Positions 16,719-27,076 of a DNA stretch of 46,593 nt are shown one piece after another. This stretch comes from a virus (Duplodnaviria > Caudoviricetes). The stretch's first letter is position 1, and each line of letters begins with the position of its first letter. A model generated the notes under the pieces. That model saw only the letters and a program-made list of their open reading frames with translations, did no database searches and was not told where the DNA came from. The DNA lies in IMG/VR virus record IMGVR_UViG_3300017645_000004, positions 1 through 46,593 of that record; one strand, given 5' to 3'. A program made the position numbers and the translations under genes.

Positions 16719-18044
16719 CTAGAGGTAGGTCTTACGGTAGACCACGCTGTGCTTCAGTTCCGTTGCAGCGGAAAACCCGCCTATGAGAATTCGGAAGGAT
16801 GGCACGCCACCACCAGCCACCCAGTTCGATCCGCTATCGGATGAAACAAGCGGCACGCCGCGCGGATACGTGGTTCCGCTTGGAATGGCCCACCGATAGT
16901 TATTTGACCCGTCAACCCCGGAGGACGCGTAGGCCACCAGCCAGTATGTCGTGTTCGCGTCCAGGGTAACGCCGGCTCCGTTTGAGGCCCGGCAATAGCC
17001 GAACGATGGATAGGACGGCACATCTGCGGCGGCTACCGAACCTGTAAGGAGAACATCCGCTAGATTCGGCTCTCCGTCGCTGTCGCTCACAATTTGTACG
17101 GTTAGGGCGCTGCTCGGCGTCCCAATCTTCGAGAGGCCAAGAACTACATCGCAGAAGGTGGCGTCGGAGTACGGGACCTGAAAGCTCATGGCGTAGCGAA
17201 TCGTGGTCGCCGTGTAGCCGATGTTCGACTCGCCATCGCTTAGCGTTTGATCGGATGAGGTTTGATTCAGGATGCCGCCAGACCGGATTTTTACGTTATT
17301 GGTCCCGATTTTGAAGCTGGGGAAGGCACCGTAAAATGGCCCTTCTACCTGGTCTGTCGAGCTGAGATTGTCGGTAACCTTCTTGTTGGCACAGTCGATA
17401 ACAACTTTCTTGCCAACGGCGGCTGACCAATCGACATTCCGCGTGACGATGATGCGCTCGCCCGTATCGGTGTCCTCGTATTCGATGCCGAGCATGTCGT
17501 CGTCGCCGACACTGACGATCTCCAAGGTAATGACAGGCTCCGGGGCCTTGCTTCCCGAGAGGGTGAAAGAGTCCTCAGCAATGAAGTCGCCTGTGGTATC
17601 GGTGTCATCGGTGGTTAAGGCGTGCTCGTCCAATGCAGTCGTGCTGGACGTATCTTTGCCGACGCCCGTGGAAACGACGAACTCGGCCGACCACGGTACG
17701 GCGCTCGTGTGATAGTGATCGCGGTCAAAGTCGTGTTTCCGGCAGGTGGCCACATAACGCCTCGTGCTGCCGTTCCAACTGATGTCCAGGTTCTTTTCCA
17801 CGCGGGAGAAGAGTTCTTTGAAGCTATCGATTGCCGCATCGAGCGCGTCCTGAGAAGCGGCCTTGAGCGTGCCCTTCAGTGTGATGATTTTTTCTCCGTA
17901 GCGCTCCGCGATGAGGACTTGGCCATCTTCGCGAGCGAGGGGCATGGATATGAGTGACCGATCGGGAGCGCTTTCATGCTTCACGTATTGCGGCATGTAG
18001 GCGGATGTTAGTATCTCCGTGCCGTCGAATTTGATGCTGGCCAT
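16719..18044 (-). CDS. Distal tail protein (Dit) with inserted beta domain
   Basis: Follows the tape measure; K.ITL.G, IDC....V and G.FP....G.N motifs, plus a ~170-aa insert. Confidence 0.7.
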   Translation of the reverse strand: MASIKFDGTEILTSAYMPQYVKHESAPDRSLISMPLAREDGQVLIAERYGEKIITLKGTLKAASQDALDAAIDSFKELFSRVEKNLDISWNGSTRRYVATCRKHDFDRDHYHTSAVPWSAEFVVSTGVGKDTSSTTALDEHALTTDDTDTTGDFIAEDSFTLSGSKAPEPVITLEIVSVGDDDMLGIEYEDTDTGERIIVTRNVDWSAAVGKKVVIDCANKKVTDNLSSTDQVEGPFYGAFPSFKIGTNNVKIRSGGILNQTSSDQTLSDGESNIGYTATTIRYAMSFQVPYSDATFCDVVLGLSKIGTPSSALTVQIVSDSDGEPNLADVLLTGSVAAADVPSYPSFGYCRASNGAGVTLDANTTYWLVAYASSGVDGSNNYRWAIPSGTTYPRGVPLVSSDSGSNWVAGGGVPSFRILIGGFSAATELKHSVVYRKTYL

Positions 18045-18056
18045 ACGTCGATTGTA

Positions 18057-19673
18057 CTATGCGCCTGCGCGTAGGAGCGCGCTCTGCCTGTTAAGCTCAT
18101 TGACTAGCTTCCTCAGCATTTCTTGAACTCCCGCGTCCCCCATGACGCTTCCTTTGGCATCCAAGTTGATAATGATTTGGTTGGCGGTTCCTACGGTTTC
18201 GAGTGCGCGGCCGCGGATGTCTTGGATTTCCCGTTCGAAGTCGGTCATGAGGGAGCGCTTGCGCGCGGATTCGAGAACTCCGCCCATCTCCCCGGAAAAC
18301 ATCGGCCGGGCCTTTTCGAGTGCTGCCGACTCCTTTGCGATCTCCGTCATGATCTCTGCCTTGCGCTGCGGGTCTGTCTCGAGCGTGGCCTGCTTGCGGA
18401 GATCTGAGACTTTCAGCTCTTGGTCGGCGAATGCACGCGCCGCGGCCTCCTCGCCGCTCATAAGGGCTTTCTGGATGCCCTCCAGATCGCGCCTCGTATC
18501 GGCGATCGTCCTTTTCGTCTCCTCCATCTTCTTGCGGGCGGCCTCTGCTTCCTGGGCAGTCGCTTCGTAAGCGGCCGGGCCGACTTGTCCAAATGCGCGC
18601 GCTTCGGCGGTTACATCGCCCCAGCTATCGAGAACGGCGTTATTCCTATTCTTCAAATCGAGAGCGAAATCGACAAATACGTCACGGCCTTCATCAACGG
18701 ATTCGGTGAAATTGTCGAAGCCTTCGCGGACACTTTTGATCGCGTTTAGGGGTCCAAGCGTCCATTGAAGCTGACGTGCGCTGAATTTGACCATCTCGCC
18801 CGCGAGATACCGCACGCCCGCCGCTGTGTTAGCAGCGAATTCTCCGATTGCCGCAAAGGTTCGGAATGTCGCTCGACCTACATCGACGGTTTTTCCCATA
18901 CCGCTCGTCACGGCTTGAGTCGCGGCGAACAGGTTGTTCATGGCCGGGACAAGGCCCGACCCAATGTCCTCCTTAAGCTCCTGGACGTTTTTCTGTAGCT
19001 TCGTGATCGAGCTGGCGGCCTGGAACGCGCTCTCCGCGCTGCCGCCGAATTCCTTTTGCAGTTCTGCGAGGATGAAGCGCTGGGCCTCCATCGTGCGGCC
19101 GGACTTCACCATAGTCTCGATCATCTCCTGCTGCGCGTTGCTGAAGCTGACGCCTACGCGCTGAAGAGCGGAGACGCCCTCAATCGGGTTGTTCAATGCT
19201 TTGCCGAGCTGGATAGCACTCGCCTTTAGGTCTTGCCCAAGTGCGGTGCTCATATCGAGCACGGTTTTGATCGTGTCCGGGAAGACGTCCCTCGTGATGT
19301 TCGTGAACGTGAGGAGCATGTTCTCCGCAGAGAGAACCATGTCGTCCGCGTAGAGGGTGGTCTTGGAGAGGCTATCCGCCATCTCAACGAGCTGCTTGGC
19401 AGTGACCCCAGCGGCGTAGTTTGTCGATTTCAGGACGGCATTGAGCTGCGCGACCGCTAGCTGCTGCTCCTCGAATTCACGGATTGAATCTGTAAGTGTG
19501 CCGGAAAGGAAGCGGAAGCCGGCGCGAAGGCCCTCGACGGCCGCGGTGCCTAAAGCAAAGCCGCCGGCGAGCTTGCCGAGCGACGTTTGCACCTTATTGA
19601 GGTCCTTAGTGGCTTCGTCTTTCGCGCGTATGGTGACGCGCAATTCCTGGTCGTTCCCGCCGAAGAGGGCCAT
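18057..19673 (-). CDS. Tape measure protein
   Basis: I.AKD.AT N-terminus, helical Ala-rich sequence, A..LGKALN.P..G..AL..VG motif. Confidence 0.9.
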   Translation of the reverse strand: MALFGGNDQELRVTIRAKDEATKDLNKVQTSLGKLAGGFALGTAAVEGLRAGFRFLSGTLTDSIREFEEQQLAVAQLNAVLKSTNYAAGVTAKQLVEMADSLSKTTLYADDMVLSAENMLLTFTNITRDVFPDTIKTVLDMSTALGQDLKASAIQLGKALNNPIEGVSALQRVGVSFSNAQQEMIETMVKSGRTMEAQRFILAELQKEFGGSAESAFQAASSITKLQKNVQELKEDIGSGLVPAMNNLFAATQAVTSGMGKTVDVGRATFRTFAAIGEFAANTAAGVRYLAGEMVKFSARQLQWTLGPLNAIKSVREGFDNFTESVDEGRDVFVDFALDLKNRNNAVLDSWGDVTAEARAFGQVGPAAYEATAQEAEAARKKMEETKRTIADTRRDLEGIQKALMSGEEAAARAFADQELKVSDLRKQATLETDPQRKAEIMTEIAKESAALEKARPMFSGEMGGVLESARKRSLMTDFEREIQDIRGRALETVGTANQIIINLDAKGSVMGDAGVQEMLRKLVNELNRQSALLRAGA

Positions 19674-19679
19674 ATATCC

Positions 19680-19875
19680 CTATTGTAAGGCATCCTGGGC
19701 CTTCTTCCTGCGCTGGTTGTCGATAGCCATCCTCTCGATGGCAAGCTCTGTGAACCAGTTCGGCTGGGCCATGTACTCGTGGTAGGTCCACCCGTAGATG
19801 CGGCAGACCTCAAGCACGATGAGATCGTCGCGCAGAAGACCGTCGCTGGCGTACTGCGCTAAGGCGTCTCTGATT
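19680..19875 (-). CDS. Tail chaperone T segment (reached by -1 frameshift)
   Basis: The -1 frame after A9 (19874-19882) reads IRDALAQY...C.IYGWTY.EY..QP.WF... to TAG. Confidence 0.8.
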
Positions 19876-20167
19876 TTTTTTTACCCTCAATTATCGGAAG
19901 AACCTGCTCGTACACCTCGCGGTACTCGGTGACGGGAAGGTTGAGCACTTTATCAGCGATGCCATCTGGTGATCCGTCGAACGAGGTGATGGCTAACTCG
20001 AAACCTTTCTTTTCCGCTTCGAGGCTGGTTTCGGCATCTCCTGTGCCCTTCGAGAGTGCGCGCGCGTAGATGCTCTTGATCTGCCAGTATTCAGCGCCCG
20101 TGATGTACTCGTAGAGGACAAGCTTATGGCCGCCGCTCGTGGTGAATTCGCGGGTCGGCTTAGGCAT
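19859..20167 (-). CDS. Tail assembly chaperone G
   Basis: Between tube and tape measure; ends GKKK on a slippery run. Confidence 0.8.
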   Translation of the reverse strand: MPKPTREFTTSGGHKLVLYEYITGAEYWQIKSIYARALSKGTGDAETSLEAEKKGFELAITSFDGSPDGIADKVLNLPVTEYREVYEQVLPIIEGKKKSETP

Positions 20168-21140
20168 AGCTTGCGGTGTCGTTCACGACGACGACTTGGA
20201 TCTCCTTGTCGGTGGCCTCGTACTCGACGGTGAATTCCTGAGTGAGCACTAGGAGACCATCAATATTGTATTCCTTGGGCTGTCCTGTGAGGACCAAGCG
20301 GCCGAGCTTGATCGTGATGGTCTCTGCCGTCGATCCGCCACCCGTAACCGCGCCGGTAAAGGTGACGATGCAGGCGTTCTTCGTGTTCGCCTTGTACTTT
20401 GCGAGTTCCGTGGTGTCGGTGAAGTGCAGAGAATATGAGCCGGTGATTTCGAGCCTACCGGCGACAAAGCCGCCTGCGACCGGCTCATTGCTTCCGGAGA
20501 GGAAGGCTTCATCCAGAAGGACGTTGTTGTTGATGTTGAGATTGAACGCTTTGAGCGGCGTGGCGCTCTGCCCGGCTGCATTGGAGAGCGAGGTACCGAA
20601 TTTGACGGCCATCTGGTGATAGGCGTACTCGTTCTCCTGCGCGTATGACTGAGAGACCGTGCCGGTGTCCGGGAAGCCGCCGAGCATGGTTGCAGATAGG
20701 CGCGCGTAGCTGTCGCTGACTTCGAGCCCAAGGCTGTCTACAACGCAGTTTGCAAAGCGTTCGGTGACGATGCCGCCGTCCTCTGAGAGGAGCGTAGCGG
20801 TCTTCATCGACGCGTTCGCGTTCTGGACGCTGAAGGTGTGCTCGTAGGTGCCGTCGGTCGGGCCAGTCGTCGCCTTCGAGCCGAGAGCGAGGTAGAAGAA
20901 GATCGGCGCGATGTCGCCGTTGAGAATGACCCCGAGCGAGCCGCTAGAATACTTGCGGCGGATCATGCTGTCGGACGCGACATTGCGAATGCCGCGTTGC
21001 GACCTGAACAACTCCTTTTCCGCTACGCCTTGAAAAGAGAAGTCCGTCCACTTCGGATAATGGGTTGCGGCAACTGGGGTGCCCGCTGAGCTTTCTATGC
21101 CTATGCCGATATTTACTTCTGTGCCGCCGGTCTTGGCCAT
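20160..21140 (-). CDS. Tail tube (major tail) protein
   Basis: IG.ES..GT N-terminus, Gly/Thr-rich, synteny. Confidence 0.8.
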   Translation of the reverse strand: MAKTGGTEVNIGIGIESSAGTPVAATHYPKWTDFSFQGVAEKELFRSQRGIRNVASDSMIRRKYSSGSLGVILNGDIAPIFFYLALGSKATTGPTDGTYEHTFSVQNANASMKTATLLSEDGGIVTERFANCVVDSLGLEVSDSYARLSATMLGGFPDTGTVSQSYAQENEYAYHQMAVKFGTSLSNAAGQSATPLKAFNLNINNNVLLDEAFLSGSNEPVAGGFVAGRLEITGSYSLHFTDTTELAKYKANTKNACIVTFTGAVTGGGSTAETITIKLGRLVLTGQPKEYNIDGLLVLTQEFTVEYEATDKEIQVVVVNDTASYA

Positions 21141-21151
21141 AAACGATGGTG

Positions 21152-21310
21152 CTAGTTGCTAATGGTCTCCTTCTTCACTTCTTTGATTGATCGATGCGCG
21201 AGGATGATCTTCTGCGCTTCCTTGTCAGCAGGAAGCTCTTTGGTCTGACCGGCAGAAATTGCGAAGCCAAGCTTTGGGAATTCAACGCTGCGGTTGGCTA
21301 TGACCTTCAT
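21152..21310 (-). CDS. Small hypothetical protein (52 aa)
   Basis: MKVIANRSVEFPKLG...; TAGAAT 6 nt upstream. Confidence 0.6.
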   Translation of the reverse strand: MKVIANRSVEFPKLGFAISAGQTKELPADKEAQKIILAHRSIKEVKKETISN

Positions 21311-21319
21311 ACTGCAATT

Positions 21320-21820
21320 CTACCTCACTTGATGCAGGCCAGCGACAATATCCACACGTGCCTCGATCGACCACTGTTCCGCGTTTCGGTCTCGCAACGT
21401 AAGGCCGTAGTCGGCAAGGGTGATGGTTTGAAGGTCGGTGCGGAGCCCATAGGCGGCGCTTACGAGCTGGTTGGAGCGCAGGATGTCGAGGATGGATGTG
21501 TCCTTGAGCGTCATATCCTCATTCCGGCCCTCTATGATGTCGTAGAGCGTCGATATACCGGCCACTGCGTTCTGCGCCCCTTCGTCTGTATTAAAGTCCT
21601 GCCGTATGTCGGTTATGACCGTGATCGACAACGCAACACCGTGTTCATCGTCTGCATTGGAGACGGCGGCGATGCGGGTTTGGCGCTTCGAGATAAAAGC
21701 GCACGGCAAATCTGAGACGGCCACGCGTATCGGCTCGCCCTGGAAGAATGTCTCGATAGCTCCCTTTGTCTTGGTCTTGAGAAGGTCAATGTATGCCTGG
21801 ATGATCGGGTCTTGGTACAT
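21320..21820 (-). CDS. Putative tail terminator / completion protein
   Basis: Position; LPC..I motif. Confidence 0.55.
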   Translation of the reverse strand: MYQDPIIQAYIDLLKTKTKGAIETFFQGEPIRVAVSDLPCAFISKRQTRIAAVSNADDEHGVALSITVITDIRQDFNTDEGAQNAVAGISTLYDIIEGRNEDMTLKDTSILDILRSNQLVSAAYGLRTDLQTITLADYGLTLRDRNAEQWSIEARVDIVAGLHQVR

Positions 21821-21823
21821 AGG

Positions 21824-22282
21824 CTATGGGCTAACGAGCGACGCGCGGATGTGCTCCTGAAAGAACCGCACGATCTGCTCGCGCTGGCCGTGATAAATCT
21901 TCATCATGACGCGCCTCGGGATCTTCGTGCGCGGCGCTTTCGATTGGTGATACTTGAAATATGCGGCCGTGTTGTAGATGACCGCTTGGTCGGATGACAC
22001 GATGGTTTGGAAGCTGCGTTGCATGGCCCCGCTGCCGACCAGTGGGGTGTCTGGATAGCCCCTCCTCGCCTTCTGTGCGACCGTGTAGGGGGAGAGCCGC
22101 CTCCATTTCTCGCCAATCACCGCGCCCTGTGTCTCGAATACGTCGCGGGAAAAGATGCCCTTCAGGTAATCGGCCGACTGCTGGAACGGATACCGTAAGT
22201 CCTTCAAATCGCTCTCCAAGCCGATCAGCCGCCGGGACAACTGGCGTTCGCCTTCTATTTCCCATGAAATTTGGAAGCCCAT
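21824..22282 (-). CDS. Phage virion morphogenesis protein (Mu G / P2 S-like)
   Basis: F..QG....W..LSP.T...K, L..SG.M..S and Y..YHQ...IP.R motifs. Confidence 0.85.
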   Translation of the reverse strand: MGFQISWEIEGERQLSRRLIGLESDLKDLRYPFQQSADYLKGIFSRDVFETQGAVIGEKWRRLSPYTVAQKARRGYPDTPLVGSGAMQRSFQTIVSSDQAVIYNTAAYFKYHQSKAPRTKIPRRVMMKIYHGQREQIVRFFQEHIRASLVSP

Positions 22283-22288
22283 ACATAG

Positions 22289-23185
22289 CTAGAAGGTTTG
22301 GCTCATAGAGAACTTCTCCTCGTCGGTGTCCTCGTCGTCTGGGTAACCGACGATCTTCCCGGCGTTGGTGGTGCGGGTAAGCTCGGTGCCGTCCGCTCCA
22401 ATAAGAAGCTGGGTGCCCTTCTGAATGGCTTTGAGCAGCGATCGCGCCTCGCCGAGCCATTTAACTCCCTCGCTGTCCTTGCCGAACTCTTCGTAGTCGA
22501 TGTACCCGGCTGCCAGCAGCTCGCATATCTGCGAGATCAGGGGCGGCACTTCGGAGAGCGGCAGCACGTACCTACCAGCGAGCGTGCTGTTGATCTCGTT
22601 TTCCGCCTGCTTGCGTTTAGTCTCGATGCGAGCGTCCGAATAGCGCGGGTTGCCCGCAAGACCGGCGTGCTTTCGGATGGCGTAGTTCGTCGCGTAACGG
22701 GCGCTCTCGTCTCCTGAGACTGCTTCCGAGTCGTCGATGTCAGTCTCTTCGGACGTGGTGCTGTTGTAATAGGTTGCCTTGAAATGCGTGTAGGTCGTCC
22801 CGGTGTATTCGAGGGTCGTGCCCTGCGGGTCGTCTACGTTTATGTCCTTCGGAGAGCCGTCGCCCGTAAGCTCGGTGTACGATCCGTCGGCACTCGTCGC
22901 GCCGTAGAACTTGCGCTTGTTGAATCGGTAAATGACGAAGGGCTCGCCGCTGTTGTGATTGAATTTAAGCGTCGTGACCGTGATAGAGGTGTTTGTCGTC
23001 CCCGTAACGGTGCACAACTCACACATCTCATTGCCCTCGAAGCCGATAGCAACATAATCGCCGGTCGAGACACCCTGAGAGCTTTCTACGGATATTACGA
23101 CGCCCGATCCGGCGGCTGCATCCGCGCTCAGGCGGCCGCGCTCTCCTTTGATGAAGTCTTCAGTGACGGCAAGCAGCTTCTTCAT
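22289..23185 (-). CDS. Head-tail adaptor (Mu gp36/DUF1320-like C-terminus) with extra N-terminal domains
   Basis: A..EIN..L..RY.LPL..VP.LI..IC..LA motif. Confidence 0.75.
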   Translation of the reverse strand: MKKLLAVTEDFIKGERGRLSADAAAGSGVVISVESSQGVSTGDYVAIGFEGNEMCELCTVTGTTNTSITVTTLKFNHNSGEPFVIYRFNKRKFYGATSADGSYTELTGDGSPKDINVDDPQGTTLEYTGTTYTHFKATYYNSTTSEETDIDDSEAVSGDESARYATNYAIRKHAGLAGNPRYSDARIETKRKQAENEINSTLAGRYVLPLSEVPPLISQICELLAAGYIDYEEFGKDSEGVKWLGEARSLLKAIQKGTQLLIGADGTELTRTTNAGKIVGYPDDEDTDEEKFSMSQTF

Positions 23186-26148
23186 AGAATGATGGTGTCG
23201 TCCGTACTCCTTAGCGGTAGCACGTCATGCTTCGATTGTAGCACGGTCGTATCGCTTCTTGTGGTCAAGCGAGCGACATACTTCTTCACCGGATTTGTCG
23301 CAAGGACAGTCGGTTGAGGCAGAGAGATGGCTGCTAAGAGCGGGCTGGGATCGAGCGTGCATCCAAGGGACAGGGTTGGGGACGGAAGTGAGCATATGGC
23401 GCTCAAGGGCGAGATAGAGAGCGCCTGATCGGTCGCGATAGACGGTGCCTGCACGCTGAATGAGGCGGCCAAAGGCGATACTGCTGCGTTTGCCTCTGCA
23501 CTCACGGCGGTCTGCGGTGCCGAGATGGCCGCGGTCACCGGGGACGGAAGCACCGTAACGCCAAGACTGAAAGACGCGGACGGTTGAGAGAGTGTGAGCG
23601 TTACGACGTTCGCCGCGTGTACTACCTCAGCCTGTACCGTCGGCGTCGGAATGGTGAAGCTGGCCATCCCTGCACTCACGTCTACGGCGAAATCAAATGC
23701 AACGCTCGGGGCTTGTATCGATGCCGTAAGCGAGAGAACGGCGGCGCTCAGAACCTGATCTGTGACGGTGGCATGGCCCGGCGATGATGCCGTAACGGTC
23801 AGCACGCTTGCCGACACATCGACGTTCACATCGAGCACAATGGTCACTGGTTGCGGTGCAAAGGCCGCTGCGAGCGGGCTCACATCCACCGCGAAGTCGT
23901 ACGATATGATAGCCGATGGTAGTGAGAAGGCTGCCTCCAATGGGGATGCTTCCACGACTATGGAGCGATCTGCCGTTACCGTTACGGATGCGCTCGAAAA
24001 GGACGCGGCTAGTGTTGCGGGGGTCGATACAGTGTCGAGCGCCAGGTCCGCAGCCTGTGTCGAAATGGCGAGAACAAGCGCAGACGGCTCGATGGTGATG
24101 TTCGTCGAAGTCTCTATCGTTGCTGCTTGCAAAGACAGGGATATGGTCAGGGCGGACGGCGCCAGGGTCACGTCGGCCGAGACGGTTGGAGCTGGGATTG
24201 AGAATGTCGCCGCGAGCGCTGAGCCTGCCTGCTCGTAGTCGTATGAGAGGTCAGGCGCGGCCGTGCTGAATGAGGCTGTGAGGGCTTCTGGCTCGACGGT
24301 TACATGGATGTCGGTCGTCGCGGTCGCCGTCGGGAGGGAGAAACTGGCCGCAATAACTGATGCGGAGTGAGAGACGTCTGTGACGATGGATGGCGCTTGA
24401 ATTGAGAACGCGGACGAAAGAGATGACGGGGTATTTGTTACATTGCTCGTCGTCGTGACGGTTGCGGCTGTGGTGCTGTAGTAGACTGTGATTCGGATAT
24501 GATCGATATATGCGTCTGTGTGGGCCGCTAGCAGTGCGGTGTCTGCTTTCAGTTCAACTTCGACTTTGATGCCATTGATCGTGGCCGTAGTCGGGATAGA
24601 GAACCCGAAATTTGTTGCCTTGAGATACTGAGCTACAGTTTCATCGAACTTTGTCTCTCTTGCGGAGACCGCGACGCCAAAGTTAGATGCGTTGATGTCG
24701 GCTGGTGTCCATGAGAGGCCCCAGAGAGAGGTCGGGCCTCCATACGAGAGGTACGTGTCGCTTGTCGGATAGTTCGCGAGAGTGCTGAGGTCGTCGCCGC
24801 CGATAACGCCGCCTTTTACAAGTTTTATGGGACCGTCCTCAATGCCAGTCCCGTTCACCCCTGCATAAGTAGAAAACGCTCCGATGCCGGATGCGACTGC
24901 GTATGAATTATCGCTTGCAGCGGCATTGGACGGGTTTGTCCACGCAGTGCTTCCGACCGTTGCGTCGTTCGCCAGCGTACCGGGTGAGTTCGGACCACTG
25001 CTCGTTGTTCCCGCGCCGAAACTGAACGTCGCTACAAGCACGGCCGCCGCGACCGCTATATTCTTTACGGCGGTGATCGTGGCGGCAGGAAGAGATGCGG
25101 TAAACGATAGGACGGACGGCGTGGCCGTGACGTTCGTACCGGCCGTGTAAGTTACGACAAGCTTCGGGTCCTGAGTGGTACCGGATTGCTCGGATGTGCC
25201 GAGGTCGTTGATATGTAGACGACTACCTGGCGTTACGTTGTCGAAGTCGTAGCTGCCTCGCAGGCCAAGCTTTGTGATGCCCGTCTTTGAGATCCACCCA
25301 ATGCCAGTCGCATTAAGCGAGACAGTTTGATAGCCAGTAGTCGCATTTATCCAACCCGAACTCACTGCGCTGCTGCCACCGGACGTGCTGCCAACGTCAT
25401 CAAAGTCGGAGGTTGTCAGCGCCGTATTAGATGCGGGCGTGGTTTGGATGACATAGACGGACTTCCCGCCGGCATCGTCTTGGCCATCTCCTGTCGTCTT
25501 ATATAGCGAGAGGTCAGCGGCTGAGATCGTCGCGGCGGCGGTAAGCGCTGAGGTGTCAAATAGGGTGAAAAGCCGAGCGATTCGATAGTTTGTATTGACG
25601 CGGAGATCGAACGTCGATGAAGAGTCCGAAGCTACCGATCCAGTTGCGGCAGAACGGCATGTGCTCCATGAGGCATTCTCATAGAGGACAAACCCGTCAA
25701 CTGTTGTCGTTTCCGGGTCGGGATCAGGATAGGTCGTCAGTGTAGAAAGGTGGATTTGAGCGTAGCCGGGTCGGGCAGTCTCAGAGAGTGGGATTGGGGC
25801 GGAGAACGGCGACGGAATCGATACAGTCCCTCCCACAAGCTCCATGCGCTTAATGAGCCATGCGAGGTAGGCCAACTCTACCTTTTGAGCCCAGTCCTCC
25901 TTTAGGACAATACTATGATTGCCATAGTGTGAGGCGACCTCGGACATAGGACGCCAGTCGCCTTCGACGTGTGCGTAATAGATCGGTTTTACGTGGAAAA
26001 CATCGACCGTCTCTCCGGTATTGAGAATGAAACGAGATATATGCGGATTGATGCCGCCCTTTCCACCCGTAGGAGCCGGTATCGCCTTAACGATTCTCTT
26101 GCCTTGGGGTAGCCGCTCTAGCAGGAATGTGAGGTCGTGAAAGTCCAT
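23182..26148 (-). CDS. Large Ser/Thr/Ala-rich virion fibre/adhesin-like protein with tandem repeats
   Basis: 988 aa; beta-rich domains followed by many ~18-21 aa units of V.PS.L.A.FS...P.V. Confidence 0.7.
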   Translation of the reverse strand: MDFHDLTFLLERLPQGKRIVKAIPAPTGGKGGINPHISRFILNTGETVDVFHVKPIYYAHVEGDWRPMSEVASHYGNHSIVLKEDWAQKVELAYLAWLIKRMELVGGTVSIPSPFSAPIPLSETARPGYAQIHLSTLTTYPDPDPETTTVDGFVLYENASWSTCRSAATGSVASDSSSTFDLRVNTNYRIARLFTLFDTSALTAAATISAADLSLYKTTGDGQDDAGGKSVYVIQTTPASNTALTTSDFDDVGSTSGGSSAVSSGWINATTGYQTVSLNATGIGWISKTGITKLGLRGSYDFDNVTPGSRLHINDLGTSEQSGTTQDPKLVVTYTAGTNVTATPSVLSFTASLPAATITAVKNIAVAAAVLVATFSFGAGTTSSGPNSPGTLANDATVGSTAWTNPSNAAASDNSYAVASGIGAFSTYAGVNGTGIEDGPIKLVKGGVIGGDDLSTLANYPTSDTYLSYGGPTSLWGLSWTPADINASNFGVAVSARETKFDETVAQYLKATNFGFSIPTTATINGIKVEVELKADTALLAAHTDAYIDHIRITVYYSTTAATVTTTSNVTNTPSSLSSAFSIQAPSIVTDVSHSASVIAASFSLPTATATTDIHVTVEPEALTASFSTAAPDLSYDYEQAGSALAATFSIPAPTVSADVTLAPSALTISLSLQAATIETSTNITIEPSALVLAISTQAADLALDTVSTPATLAASFSSASVTVTADRSIVVEASPLEAAFSLPSAIISYDFAVDVSPLAAAFAPQPVTIVLDVNVDVSASVLTVTASSPGHATVTDQVLSAAVLSLTASIQAPSVAFDFAVDVSAGMASFTIPTPTVQAEVVHAANVVTLTLSQPSASFSLGVTVLPSPVTAAISAPQTAVSAEANAAVSPLAASFSVQAPSIATDQALSISPLSAICSLPSPTLSLGCTLDPSPLLAAISLPQPTVLATNPVKKYVARLTTRSDTTVLQSKHDVLPLRSTDDTIIL

Positions 26149-26196
26149 AAGGTTTTGGGCCCGGACACCCTCCGAGAGAGTGGCCGAAGCAAGACC

Positions 26197-26619
26197 TTAG
26201 TTGAGGTTCAAGATGCCCTCGGAATTCCACTGGATCGTGAAGTTGCCGTTCGACGACGATTTATCAGCGCCGAAGTCGATGTATGCGATGAGCGGCGACG
26301 TGCTCGCGGTGCCGGTGCTCTTGTAGATCACTGCACCTCGTGCGGTGATTGTCGAGCTTGACCACGTAACGTCGGCGGCGTCGAACACGCCTTCGTTGTC
26401 GGTGTTGTCCGCTGTAACGGTGACCGATGCGAGCGTTGCGCCGCCTGCCGTGTAGCCGGTTCCTGAGACTTCATTCGTAACATCGTCGAAGAAATCGTGC
26501 GTGTCCTGATCGGGCGTGTACGAGCTGGTGACCAGGGCGACCTTGATGGTGTCGGTGTCGAGGTCTATCGACCCGTCCATGATCTTCTTTTTGAAGCTGT
26601 TGTAGATTACATCTGCCAT
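26197..26619 (-). CDS. Virion structural protein
   Basis: IDLDTDTIKVAL, EVSGTGYTAGG and FDAADVTW motifs; AAGGAG SD. Confidence 0.75.
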   Translation of the reverse strand: MADVIYNSFKKKIMDGSIDLDTDTIKVALVTSSYTPDQDTHDFFDDVTNEVSGTGYTAGGATLASVTVTADNTDNEGVFDAADVTWSSSTITARGAVIYKSTGTASTSPLIAYIDFGADKSSSNGNFTIQWNSEGILNLN

Positions 26620-26644
26620 ATCTCCTTTGCGTTAGCTGCTAAGC

Positions 26645-27073
26645 CTATTTGACGAATGCTTTGACCTCGTAGGTGAATGAGCCGTTGGCGTCTCCGTCCA
26701 CCATCACGCCGCGATAGCGGAGCTGCGAGCCAAAACCGATCTGCCGCGTCGCGCCTGCGTTCGCATTGCTCGATACATCCACGACTGCGGACGTGCCCGG
26801 ATTGTCATTGCAGAACGCCATGACAAACGTCTTCGCGCCGCCGTTGCCGAGCACTTGCGTGAAGTGGCCGATGTTGACGAATGTGGTACCGCCATCGAAC
26901 GACGTGTCGATATAGACGTCGAGGGTGTCGCCAACGTCTGTACCGGCAGCCGTCACTTTGAGCTGACAGACAGCCTCTCGGTACGCGCGACCGAGTTCGA
27001 CTGCGGTTCCGGTGACTGTCCCGGCCGCTGCTTGGGCTGCGGATGCTCTGAGCGTGAATACTCGAGAGTACAT
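26645..27073 (-). CDS. Putative virion structural protein
   Basis: Beta-rich ORF in the head module. Confidence 0.6.
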   Translation of the reverse strand: MYSRVFTLRASAAQAAAGTVTGTAVELGRAYREAVCQLKVTAAGTDVGDTLDVYIDTSFDGGTTFVNIGHFTQVLGNGGAKTFVMAFCNDNPGTSAVVDVSSNANAGATRQIGFGSQLRYRGVMVDGDANGSFTYEVKAFVK

Positions 27074-27076
27074 ACG

